Positions 55,066 to 63,518 of a stretch of DNA of 64,000 bases are shown in pieces. Source of the DNA: an uncultured beta proteobacterium (GTDB lineage: Bacteria > Pseudomonadota > Gammaproteobacteria > Burkholderiales > SG8-41); contig CAISYC010000018.1 of NCBI GenBank assembly GCA_903889565.1, positions 18,712-82,711 on the forward strand, read 5' to 3'. The notes below the pieces were generated by a model. That model was not told the origin of the DNA and searched no databases. It saw only the letters and a program-made list of their open reading frames with translations. Position 1 is the first letter of the stretch, and each line of letters opens with the position of its first letter. The position numbers were made by a program, and so were the translations under genes.

Positions 55066-55169
55066 GGGCTTCTCCTCGCAGCATGGTTCGTTATGGTTAT
55101 GGTTATTGCGGTGCCGGGTATTAGCGGTAATTCTGCGCAGCGGCGGCCTGAAACGCGCGCGGCATCAAA

Positions 55170-55197
55170 CCGAAAATTATTCTACCTCTATTTTCGG
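55170..55197 (-). terminator. weak AT-rich hairpin after the amidohydrolase stop
   Basis: CCGAAAAT (55170-55177) pairs with ATTTTCGG (55190-55197), with a 12-nt loop. On the minus strand it is followed only by TTTG. It may or may not insulate the PQQ-ADH gene from the upstream operon. Confidence 0.3.
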
Positions 55198-55200
55198 CGC

Positions 55201-56928
55201 CTAATCTTGATGCGGTGCGGATTCGAGCGCCGCAAACGGCGCGGCGGCGTAAACGGTGCGCCCGCCCACCATGGTCAACAGCGAAACGATGCTGCCGATC
55301 TGTGCGACCGGCACGCCGAGATAGTCGCGGTCGAGCACGGCGAGATCGGCGAGCCGGCCGACTTTGAGCGCGCCGCGGGTATTTTCTTCAAAACTGAACC
55401 ACGCGCTGCCTTGCGTATAGAGGCGCAGCGCGTCGATCCGCGCCGGCAGTTCCTCCGGCGCGCGCATCGCGACGCCGGAGACGGTTTTGCCGTCGAGCAT
55501 CCATTGCAGCGAAACGAAAGGGTTCGGCGCCATCACGCGGTGTGCGTCGGTGCCGCCGCCCACCGGCAGTTTCATCCGCAGCGCGCTGACCAGCGGCGGC
55601 ACCCGGCGCGCGGCTTCGGCGCCGCGCTGGCCGAGGAAGGCTTCGCCGCGGAAATAGAACGCGTTCTGCACGAGCCAGCCCATGCCCATCGCCTGCAAAC
55701 GCCGCAGCGTGTCGGGCGACGCGTCGTTGAGATGCGCTACCGACCAGCGCAGATTTGCGACCGGCGTGCCGGTGTTGACGCGTTCGATCACATCAAGCAG
55801 ATGATGTGCCGCGCCGTCGTTGTGCCAGTGAAATGTTGCGGTCATGCCGCGCGATACGGCCCAGCGCAGCACGGCGGCGAGCTGCTCTTTCTGGTTATCG
55901 TTCGGCGTATCGTTGTTGTAGAAGCCCCAGGTGACGTTCTCGCCGATGCCGTTGAAGCGCAGCCAGTCGTCGCCGAAGCCCATCGGCAGCAGCTGCGTCA
56001 GCGCTTTGAAGTCTTCGAGTTCGCGATCGCGGCGCGGCGCACTCAAGCTGTAGCGCACGCGCACGGTCAGCCCGTGCTCGCGCCAGACCTGAAACAGCGG
56101 CAGATAGTCCTCGACTTCGATGTTATAGCCGCCCGGATCACTGACACCGGTGATGCCCATGGCATTGAGAGCTCGGAAAAAGGCACGCGTGCCGGCGAGC
56201 TTCTGTGCGTAGTCCGGGCGCGGCAGCAGGTTGAATAGATCGCTGATCGCGCGGTTGTCGCCGGTGAGCCAGCCGGTCGGCTTGCCGTTGCTGTCGTTTC
56301 CATCGCGCTCGACGGCAAGGCGCGCGGCCAGTTCCGGCCGGCCGGCAAGACCAAGTGCCGCGGCACCGCCCGCGTCGAGCAGCACGGCGCTGTAGAGCAA
56401 CTGGATGTAGACATGATGATCCGGCGCGGCAGCGGCGATCTCGGCTTGCGTCGGCCGGCGGTCTTCGGCGAACTGCCGGTCGGTCCAGCCGCCGGCCACC
56501 ACCAGCCATGATCCTTTCGGCGCGTTCTTCGCCGCGTTGCGCAAACGCATGAGCGCTTCTTTAAGTGTGCGCGCGCCGAACCAGTGCACTTCGGTGGTGT
56601 AGCTCAGGCCGGCGCGAATGGCGTGGATATGCGAATCGATCAGACCCGGAATCACGGTGCGGCCGCCGAGATCGATGATTTGCGTCGCCGGACCCGCCAG
56701 CGCGCGCAGGCGTGATGTTTCGCCGATCGCCGCGATTTTTCCGTCGCGCACCGCCAGGGCCTGCGCCGGCGGACCGTCGAAGACGACGAATTTGCCGTTG
56801 ATGAGGAGCGTGTCGGGCGCCGCGATCTGCGCGCGCACGGCACTGCCGCAGAACAGCGCACAGGCGAAAACCGCGGCGACGCCGGCGCGCGTGTACGGGC
56901 TGCGCCTTACTGGCGCTGCATCGTGCAT
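55201..56928 (-). CDS. secreted amidohydrolase (YtcJ-like, Amidohydro_3 type)
   Basis: 575 aa. N-terminal hydrophobic leader AGVAAVFACALFCGSAVRAQ. VIPGLIDSHIHAIRAG (HxH). The start overlaps the upstream gene by 22 nt. Confidence 0.82.
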   Translation of the reverse strand: MHDAAPVRRSPYTRAGVAAVFACALFCGSAVRAQIAAPDTLLINGKFVVFDGPPAQALAVRDGKIAAIGETSRLRALAGPATQIIDLGGRTVIPGLIDSHIHAIRAGLSYTTEVHWFGARTLKEALMRLRNAAKNAPKGSWLVVAGGWTDRQFAEDRRPTQAEIAAAAPDHHVYIQLLYSAVLLDAGGAAALGLAGRPELAARLAVERDGNDSNGKPTGWLTGDNRAISDLFNLLPRPDYAQKLAGTRAFFRALNAMGITGVSDPGGYNIEVEDYLPLFQVWREHGLTVRVRYSLSAPRRDRELEDFKALTQLLPMGFGDDWLRFNGIGENVTWGFYNNDTPNDNQKEQLAAVLRWAVSRGMTATFHWHNDGAAHHLLDVIERVNTGTPVANLRWSVAHLNDASPDTLRRLQAMGMGWLVQNAFYFRGEAFLGQRGAEAARRVPPLVSALRMKLPVGGGTDAHRVMAPNPFVSLQWMLDGKTVSGVAMRAPEELPARIDALRLYTQGSAWFSFEENTRGALKVGRLADLAVLDRDYLGVPVAQIGSIVSLLTMVGGRTVYAAAPFAALESAPHQD

Positions 56929-57281
56929 TCGGTTTCGATGAACATCGCAACGGCGCCGGGCGGCGCGCGGCGGGTGGTTTTGGTCTGCTTGTAGCCGGCT
57001 TTCGCGCAGGAGATCTGCACGTCCTTGGGCAGCACGTCCTTGTTGATGTGGCCGCGATAGAGCCCGAGTGCATTCGATTTCAGCAATACGGCATTGCCCT
57101 TCGCCGGCTGCAGCGTCACCTGCGCGTCCACGAGCGGCGAGCCGCGGGTATCGCGTACGAATCCGAAATAAGCGGGGCCCGCGCCCATGGTGTCGTTGGC
57201 GCCTTCATAATCGTCGCCGCCGGCAAACAGCGGCGTGCTGGCGAGCAGGCCTGCGGCCAGCATCAGTATTCGAGTCAGCAT
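56907..57281 (-). CDS. small secreted carboxypeptidase-regulatory-like domain protein
   Basis: 124 aa. Signal peptide MLTRILMLAAGLLASTPLFAG. FGFVRDTRGSPLVDAQVTLQPAKGNAVLLKSNALGLYRGHINKDVLPKDVQISCAKAGYK fits the CarboxypepD_reg beta-sandwich pattern. Confidence 0.6.
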   Translation of the reverse strand: MLTRILMLAAGLLASTPLFAGGDDYEGANDTMGAGPAYFGFVRDTRGSPLVDAQVTLQPAKGNAVLLKSNALGLYRGHINKDVLPKDVQISCAKAGYKQTKTTRRAPPGAVAMFIETECTMQRQ

Positions 57282-57323
57282 GTCGACCTCGTGATCAGTG
57301 AAATCCTCGACGGCACGGCGGCG

Positions 57324-57686
57324 CTATTCCCAGCGCCAATAGAACTTCAGCGAATAGAGCAGCACCGGCAGCAGCACAACCGGAACCACCCACGCCAGCG
57401 CCAACGGAATTTTGTCGCGCAGCGTTTGCGGCAGCGCGGCGGCAAGCGCGCCGAGCAGCCCGGCGCCGAGGGCCGAACTGGCGATCCAGCCGTACCAATA
57501 CATCGCCGGTCCCTCGTCCGGGCGCGGCCGCACAAAGCCCGCATCGATGCGGTCGGTGCCCGGGTGATAGGTGAACAAGGGCAGGGCAGCCATGTCGCAG
57601 ATCACATAAAGGATCGCAAAGCAGACGCCGAAGACCAGCGCGAAGCAGCCGAAACGCGACGTCGCGGTGGCGTTGTCCTCGTTCAT
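57324..57686 (-). CDS. small integral membrane protein (3 predicted TM), unknown family
   Basis: This is the internal part of ORF 57324..57986. ATG 57686 overlaps the upstream stop (ATGA). MNEDNATATSRFGCFALVFGVCFAILYVICDMAALP...MYWYGWIASSALGAGLLGALAAAL...IPLALAWVVPVVLLPVLLYSLKFYW. Confidence 0.6.
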   Translation of the reverse strand: MNEDNATATSRFGCFALVFGVCFAILYVICDMAALPLFTYHPGTDRIDAGFVRPRPDEGPAMYWYGWIASSALGAGLLGALAAALPQTLRDKIPLALAWVVPVVLLPVLLYSLKFYWRWE

Positions 57687-58186
57687 AACCCGAAACCGCG
57701 CACGTTGTTGACGACATGGCCGGTCAGAAACGCATACCAGCAGATTGCGGCGAGCACCACGGTCAGCCATTTGCGCGCCCGCTCGCCGGCCGCAGTGCGC
57801 GCGCTTTTCCACAGATGCCGGTAGAACGGCAGCAGGCCGAGTCCGATCGTGGTCAGGTGTTCCTTCAATTCGAACGCGCCGAGGGTTTTGAAAAATCCCT
57901 CCTGTTCGATCGGAATGCGCACGTAGATGCGGTACTTGGCGTAGATCCAGCCGCCGAGAATGAAGGCAAGAACCCACAACACGCAAACGGCGCCGGCATA
58001 ACGCGGTCCCGACACCGAGCGGAAATGCGTGACGAAACCTCCGTCGCTGCGCGCGCGTGCCGGCATCAGAACGGCAGCCGCCTGATGCGTCAGCGCGCCG
58101 AGCAGCGCAACTGCCAGCAAGGCATGTGCGATGGACAGAATGGTCCAGAAGGTGTTGACGGAAATGTAATCGAACAAGAAGTCCAT
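57683..58186 (-). CDS. integral membrane protein (4 predicted TM, His-rich), unknown family
   Basis: ORF 57683..58189 (GTG 58189 or ATG 58186). TM segments: FWTILSIAHALLAVALLGALTH, AVCVLWVLAFILGGWIY, LTTIGLGLLPFY, WLTVVLAAICWYAFLTGHVV. His residues lie at or near the membrane boundaries. Confidence 0.65.
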   Translation of the reverse strand: MDFLFDYISVNTFWTILSIAHALLAVALLGALTHQAAAVLMPARARSDGGFVTHFRSVSGPRYAGAVCVLWVLAFILGGWIYAKYRIYVRIPIEQEGFFKTLGAFELKEHLTTIGLGLLPFYRHLWKSARTAAGERARKWLTVVLAAICWYAFLTGHVVNNVRGFGL

Positions 58187-58242
58187 CACGCTTCCACGAT
58201 CGAAAACGACGGCGCGGGACTGTTACCCGCGCCGCCGCTGTT

Positions 58243-60390
58243 TCAGTGCGCCAGCGGATCGGGTCTCAACTGGAAGTGCGCGGCGAGCGGCTTGGTGCCC
58301 TTGCCGCCTTCGATCATCCACGGCACGCGATCGCCGTTGGCGGCCCACAGGCCGCGGCCTTTCCAGCCGGCGTTCGGATCGTCGATGCGGCCGTCAAAAC
58401 CCTTGGCGTAGAAGCCGAGCGGATAGGGCACGCGGATCGATACCATCTTGCCGTCCTTGTTGAGCGCGACCAGGCCGTCCATCAGGTTGGCGGTGGACAT
58501 CGGAACGTCGTCGCCGAGGCCGAAGGTGTTGTGCTGATCGACCCACGAGTAGTAGCTCGACTCGGCGCTGTTCTCGCCGATGCCCTTGAAGCCCGGGCCC
58601 GGATACTGGAAGAATGCCCAGCCCTCGGGGCACTGGTCGCCGGTGGCTTTCGGGCCGTTGAGCGGCCCTTTGCACAACCGGCGGTCGAACATGCCCATGT
58701 GACCGCTGGCGAGCGAAACCCACACGCGGCCCTGCATGTCGATGTCGCCGCCGCGCGGGCCGAAGCCGGGCAGCGGCACGTTGTACATTTCAGCGAGCGA
58801 CTTGTGCGGATTCTTGGTCGGATCGATGCGCACGATCGCGCCCGGATTGCCGCGCAACGTTCCCCACACCGAGCCGTCGACCGGGCTCGGCATGATCGCG
58901 TAGAAGCCGCCGCCGATGCGCATGTCCTTGGTCGGATCCAGCGGCTTGCCCGGCTCGGTGTAGGCGTCACGCACGCCGTTACCGTTGGTGTCGAGCACGA
59001 TCGCGGTCCAGCCCTGAGATTTCTGGATATCGCCGGTTTCGTCGAGCATCTTGGTGTTGAGCCAGCCGACGTAGCCGCCGCCGCCGCCAGTGCTCGCCCA
59101 CAGCGTCTCGGTGCCGTCGTAGCCGAACTGCAAATGGTGCGAGCCGAAACAGGTCTGATACGGCGTGTACTTGCCGGTCTTCGGATCGTACATCGTCACG
59201 CGGCGATTGGTGCTGTCGATCGGAAATTCGACCGCCGACGGATGCGTCGAGCCTTTTTTGCAGAAGTCGGGGTTGTCCGGTTTGTGGCCGGTTGCCGCCA
59301 GCCACAGACGACCCTGGCGGTCGAACATCGAGTTGTGGTTGTTGGCCTTGCTGTTCCAGATGTCCTCCGCGCCCCAATAGGCCGAGGTCTGCAGGATGTG
59401 CACCGAGCCGGCGTTGCCGGGCCCGAGCGCGAGCGGCATGTCGGCGGTGGTCGGCAGCACATAATTGGTCGCAACGTTTTTCACCGGGTCGAGAATCGGC
59501 ATGTCGTTGCCGGCGTGTTCGCTCTGCCCGTAAAGCGGACCGTAGCCGTTGACCGTCGGATAGCGTTTGTCGGTCGAGATCAGGTCGTGCAGATACTGTT
59601 TCGGGTTGTGCCAGTCGCGCAGCGTGACGACGATATTGCGCTCGACGCCCTGCGGCCGCGTCGGTTTCGCCCACGGCAGTTCGCCCTTGGCGACGCGTTC
59701 GGTCCAGTCGGCCAGATATTCGAACGGCATGCCGGCGAGCTGGCCGGCGGCGATCAGCACCATGTTCTCACCGGCCTGACCGGACTGGATGCGGCGCACC
59801 CATGCTTCCTGAAAGGTCCTGCCTTCCATGTGGTACTTGGGAATCGTGCGAGTCGCCAGCTGGCCCAGCTGGTGGCAGCCGACACAGCCATTGTTCTTCA
59901 TGCCGTTGAGGTAATCGGTGAGCTTGATGTTGCTCGGCGCATCCTTGCTGCCGAAGATGCTGGCTTCGGGGATTTTCATCATCGAGTACCAGTAGATCGC
60001 CGGGTAATATTGCGCGGCGGCCGCTTCATTCGGCGCCGGCACCGCTTTGAGATCGAGCAGTTTGCCGGGCGCGCTCTTCACCTTCGGCGAATCGACCAGA
60101 CCGTAGCCGCGCACCCAGATGTCGTAGGTGGCCTTCGGCAGATCGGGGATGACATAGCGGCCCTGATCGTCTGTCACGACAATGCGGATAAAACGCACTG
60201 GCAGATCATGCGTTTCCGCAATCACCCAGACGCCGGCTTCCGGTCCCTTCGGGCCACTGACCACGCCGCCGATATCGTCGTTATCGATCGTTACCGCAGC
60301 CTTCGACTGGGCCTGCAGCGTGGCGGGTGCAATCAGACCCAGGGCGGCAATGGCGATCGCGGCCGCGCCGTTCAAAAGAAATTTGCGCAT
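58243..60390 (-). CDS. secreted CarboxypepD_reg-like domain + mono-heme cytochrome c (CxxCH) + Vgb-like beta-propeller protein
   Basis: ORF 58243..60477. ATG 60390 is 9 nt after GGAGGAG; ATG 60396 is the alternative. Signal peptide MRKFLLNGAAAIAIAALGLIAPATLQAQS. GVVSGPKGPEAGVWVIAETHDLPVRFIRIVVTDDQGRYVIPDLPKATYDIWVRGYG. NNGCVGCHQLG (59872-59886). Blade-like repeats: GRLWLAATG, ETLWASTGG, GSVWGTLRGNPGAIVRIDP, GRVWVSLASG, GLWAANGD. Confidence 0.75.
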   Translation of the reverse strand: MRKFLLNGAAAIAIAALGLIAPATLQAQSKAAVTIDNDDIGGVVSGPKGPEAGVWVIAETHDLPVRFIRIVVTDDQGRYVIPDLPKATYDIWVRGYGLVDSPKVKSAPGKLLDLKAVPAPNEAAAAQYYPAIYWYSMMKIPEASIFGSKDAPSNIKLTDYLNGMKNNGCVGCHQLGQLATRTIPKYHMEGRTFQEAWVRRIQSGQAGENMVLIAAGQLAGMPFEYLADWTERVAKGELPWAKPTRPQGVERNIVVTLRDWHNPKQYLHDLISTDKRYPTVNGYGPLYGQSEHAGNDMPILDPVKNVATNYVLPTTADMPLALGPGNAGSVHILQTSAYWGAEDIWNSKANNHNSMFDRQGRLWLAATGHKPDNPDFCKKGSTHPSAVEFPIDSTNRRVTMYDPKTGKYTPYQTCFGSHHLQFGYDGTETLWASTGGGGGYVGWLNTKMLDETGDIQKSQGWTAIVLDTNGNGVRDAYTEPGKPLDPTKDMRIGGGFYAIMPSPVDGSVWGTLRGNPGAIVRIDPTKNPHKSLAEMYNVPLPGFGPRGGDIDMQGRVWVSLASGHMGMFDRRLCKGPLNGPKATGDQCPEGWAFFQYPGPGFKGIGENSAESSYYSWVDQHNTFGLGDDVPMSTANLMDGLVALNKDGKMVSIRVPYPLGFYAKGFDGRIDDPNAGWKGRGLWAANGDRVPWMIEGGKGTKPLAAHFQLRPDPLAH

Positions 60391-60764
60391 GATCATGTCT
60401 CCTCCAACAGTAGACGATCCCGGTCGGGAATCACCCGTCAGTCGCGATTGTCGCGGCGTCGATGGTGCCGGGCCCATTACCCACCCTGCGTCCGCTCACA
60501 GATTTCCCTCATTGCGCGCCGTGGTCGATTGAACCAATGCCGCGCCGATTGATGCAGGAAGGACTGTTGCAGGTGGGTTGAATTATTGGCAACTTATTTT
60601 TCCCAGCCGCACCATATCACCGCCTTCATGTGTGGTCAAACCGGTGCGTATGCCATCGTAAAACCGCCGCTTGACCGGCGCGAAGAGCGCTTGCCTCAGC
60701 GAGGCAGACCTGCTTCGCTGCGCCGTTGATCAGGTCGGCAACCGGCGATATCGAAGGTGCGGTT

Positions 60765-61733
60765 TTATTCCGGCTTGATGCCGATATCCTTGACGAGCTT
60801 GGTCCACTTCGTGACTTCGGCGCGGATGTGCGCGGCGAATTCGGCCGGCGTGCTGCCGAGCACATCAAAGCCCTGTGCTTCGGCGCGGGCGGTGACTTCA
60901 GGGTTCTTAATGGCAGCGACCACTTCCTTGTGCAGTTTCGTGACGAGGGCTGCCGCGGCGCGCGGCGGCGCGAGCACGCCGTACCATTGATCGGTGTTGA
61001 AGCCCTTCAAGCCGGATTCGGAAACGGTCGGGATTTCCGGCAACTGCGGCGCGCGCTTGAGGCCGGTCACCGCCAGCATGCGCAGCCGCCCGCTTTTGCC
61101 GTGCGGCATTGCCGAAGGCATCGAGGCGAAGGTGAGTTCGATGTGGCCGCCCAGCAGGTCGGTGAGCGCGGGGCCGTTGCCCTTGTAGGGCACGTGGATC
61201 ATCGTCGTGCCGGCCATGTAGTTGAAGAGTTCGCCCGACATGTGCGGCGCGCTGCCGCTGCCGGCCGACGCATAACGCAACTGGCCGGGGCGGGCCTTTG
61301 CATAGGCGATCAGTTCCTGCACCGATTTCACCGGCACTGCCGGATGCACCACCAGCAGATTCGGCGCGGTCGCAATCAGCGAAATGGGCGAAAAATCCGT
61401 CACCGGATCATAGGGCAGTTTCGACAGCGCCGGATTGATGCCGTGCGAGGCGGTGTAGCCGAGGATCAGCGTGTAACCGTCGGCATCCGCCTTTGCCACC
61501 GCCAGCGCGCCGATGCTGCCGCCGGCGCCGCTGCGGTTATCGACCACGAAGGGCTGGCCGAGATTGTCGGTGAGTTTCTGCGCCAGCAGGCGGCCGAGGA
61601 AGTCGGTGCCGCCGCCGGGCGCAACCGGAATGATCAACCGCACCGGTTTCAATGGATAACGCTCGCTTTGCGCGACTGCATTGATGGCCCATAGCGCCGT
61701 CAGCACCGCAACGATTGCGCGAGCGCGCTTCAT
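60765..61733 (-). CDS. Bug/TctC-family periplasmic solute-binding protein
   Basis: 322 aa. MKRARAIVAVLTALWAINAVAQSERYPLKPVRLIIPVAPGGGTD, ADGYTLIL, VPYKGNGPA, GLKGFN. The start overlaps the SDR stop by 1 nt. Confidence 0.92.
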   Translation of the reverse strand: MKRARAIVAVLTALWAINAVAQSERYPLKPVRLIIPVAPGGGTDFLGRLLAQKLTDNLGQPFVVDNRSGAGGSIGALAVAKADADGYTLILGYTASHGINPALSKLPYDPVTDFSPISLIATAPNLLVVHPAVPVKSVQELIAYAKARPGQLRYASAGSGSAPHMSGELFNYMAGTTMIHVPYKGNGPALTDLLGGHIELTFASMPSAMPHGKSGRLRMLAVTGLKRAPQLPEIPTVSESGLKGFNTDQWYGVLAPPRAAAALVTKLHKEVVAAIKNPEVTARAEAQGFDVLGSTPAEFAAHIRAEVTKWTKLVKDIGIKPE

Positions 61734-62488
61734 CAGAAGGCGAAGCGGTACATGCCGCCGTCAACCGGGATCACCGTGCCCGTGATGTAGGCGGCAAGCG
61801 GCGAGGCGAGGAAGATCGCGAGATTGGCCAGTTCCTCCGGTTCGCCGAAGCGGCCGATCGGAATTTCTTCGCGCGAAAACTTGAGTTCGTCTTCGATTGT
61901 CGGGTAGCGTTTCTTGATCTGCTCGCTGCGGATGCGGCCCGGCTGTATGCAGTTGAGTGTCACCCCTTCGGCTGCCACTTCGCGCGACAGGCCTTTCGAC
62001 CACACATGCACGCCGGCCTTGGCCGAAAACGCCGCATTCAGCGCGCGCGGTTCCGAGGTGCCGGTGATGCTGATGATGCGACCCCAGCGCTGTTTGCGCA
62101 TCTGCGGCAGCAGCGCATGCGACAGTTCGCGCAGGCGGAAAAAATTCAATGTCATTGCCTCCATCCAGTGCGCCTTGCCGGATTCGACCGGGATCGGCCG
62201 GCTGCCGCCGGCGGCGTTGACGAGAATATCGACATGGCCGAGCTTTTCGATAGCGGTAGCGGCGAGTTGTTCGGCGGAATCCTCGGGATACAGATCGGCT
62301 GCAATCACAATCGGCGCGCGGCCGCCTTCGGCGACAATCTCCAGGGCCAGGGCGTCGAGCAATTCGCGCCGCCGCGCCGCCATTGCCACCAGCACGCCCT
62401 GTTTGGCGAGGCCGCGCGCGGTGGCGCGGCCGATGCCCTGACTGGCGCCGGTGACGAGCGCGGTCTGCCCGCTGAATTCGAAATTCAT
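61733..62488 (-). CDS. SDR-fold protein, atypical active-site region
   Basis: ORF 61733..62530. ATG 62488 follows GGGAGGAA. MNFEFSGQTALVTGASQGIGRATARGLA, NAAGG, VTLNCIQPG. The YxxxK position reads AFSAK (62018-62032). Confidence 0.8.
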   Translation of the reverse strand: MNFEFSGQTALVTGASQGIGRATARGLAKQGVLVAMAARRRELLDALALEIVAEGGRAPIVIAADLYPEDSAEQLAATAIEKLGHVDILVNAAGGSRPIPVESGKAHWMEAMTLNFFRLRELSHALLPQMRKQRWGRIISITGTSEPRALNAAFSAKAGVHVWSKGLSREVAAEGVTLNCIQPGRIRSEQIKKRYPTIEDELKFSREEIPIGRFGEPEELANLAIFLASPLAAYITGTVIPVDGGMYRFAF

Positions 62489-62629
62489 GCTGTTCCTCCC
62501 GATGACTGGTGCATCTGCACGCGATAGCACATTTTACGAAACCTTAACACGTTGGCGCTGCCGTGCATTGCATGACGCCGTGGCGCGCCTGTATGATCGC
62601 CCGCTCGACGCCCATGCAAAGGAAATACC

Positions 62630-63514
62630 GTGTACGAAGGATTCAGGAAATTCGATATTCAGACCTCCGACCCCGAGGTCAAGATCACTGGTGTCGTCGG
62701 CGGTTCAGGTCCGGCGGTGCTGCTGCTGCACGGCAATCCGCTGACGCATGTGCACTGGCATCTGGTGGCGCCGCAACTGGCGAAGAACTACACGGTGGTG
62801 GCGACCGATCTGCGCGGTTACGGCGACAGCGGCAAGCCGCGCGGGAAAGACGACCACAGCAACTATTCGTTTCGCCGCATGGGGCAGGACCAGATCGATG
62901 TGATGGAACATCTGGGCTTCAAGGAATTCATGGTTGCCGGCCACGACCGCGGCGCGCGCACCGCGTTTCGCATGGCGCTCGATCATCCGGCGCGCGTCAA
63001 AAAATTCGCCAGCTTCGACATCCTGCCCACGCACCACATGCTGACGCACGCGACCTATCAGTGGGCGCTCAATTCCTCGCACTGGTTTTTCATGGCGCAG
63101 GCCTACGATATTCCGGAAAAGCTGATCGAGGGCAAGGAGGATTTCTATATCCTCAATAAACTGACCAAGCTCGGCATCGGCAAGGGCGGCTTTTCCAAGG
63201 AAACGCTGGCTGAATATGCGCGCTGCTGCACGCCGGCCAATATCCACGCGGTGTGCGAGGACTATCGCGCCGCAGTGACGGTGGACATGGCGATGGACAC
63301 GGCGGACTTCGAAGCGGGCCGCAAGATTGCCTGCCCGGTGGCGGTGTACTGGGGTGAACTCAGCCACACCGAAAAGCATTTCAAGCCGCGCGAAGCGTGG
63401 CCGCAGTATGCCTCGAACATTGCGCGGATCCGTTCGCTGCCCTGCGGCCACTATCCGGCCGAGCAGGTGCCCGAGCTGGTGATCAGCGAACTCGAGAGTT
63501 TTCTCAAGGGCTGA
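62630..63514 (+). CDS. haloacetate (fluoroacetate) dehalogenase-like alpha/beta hydrolase
   Basis: GTG start. LLLHGNPLTHVHWHLVAPQLAKNYTVVATDLRGYGDSGKP, nucleophile elbow VAGHDRGARTAFRMALDHP (Asp codon 62945-62947), SSHWFF, CEDYRAA, LPCGHYPAEQ. From memory it is collinear with DehH1/FAcD-type enzymes. Confidence 0.78.
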   Translation: MYEGFRKFDIQTSDPEVKITGVVGGSGPAVLLLHGNPLTHVHWHLVAPQLAKNYTVVATDLRGYGDSGKPRGKDDHSNYSFRRMGQDQIDVMEHLGFKEFMVAGHDRGARTAFRMALDHPARVKKFASFDILPTHHMLTHATYQWALNSSHWFFMAQAYDIPEKLIEGKEDFYILNKLTKLGIGKGGFSKETLAEYARCCTPANIHAVCEDYRAAVTVDMAMDTADFEAGRKIACPVAVYWGELSHTEKHFKPREAWPQYASNIARIRSLPCGHYPAEQVPELVISELESFLKG

Positions 63515-63518
63515 ACGC

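Noticed and set aside
56907-56928. The 22-nt overlap between the small CarboxypepD_reg-like gene and the amidohydrolase as a possible frameshift or fusion
   Set aside because: Both frames have independent plausible ends: the upstream gene stops at TAA, and the amidohydrolase starts at ATG followed by a signal peptide. No in-frame alternative start (the GTA at codon 7 is not a start) is needed. I treat it as an ordinary overlap.
58246-60552. 768-aa plus-strand ORF opposite the heme-c/propeller gene
   Set aside because: The minus-strand frame has a signal peptide, RBS, CarboxypepD_reg pattern, CxxCH and repeated blades. The plus frame is Arg-rich and low-complexity with no motifs.
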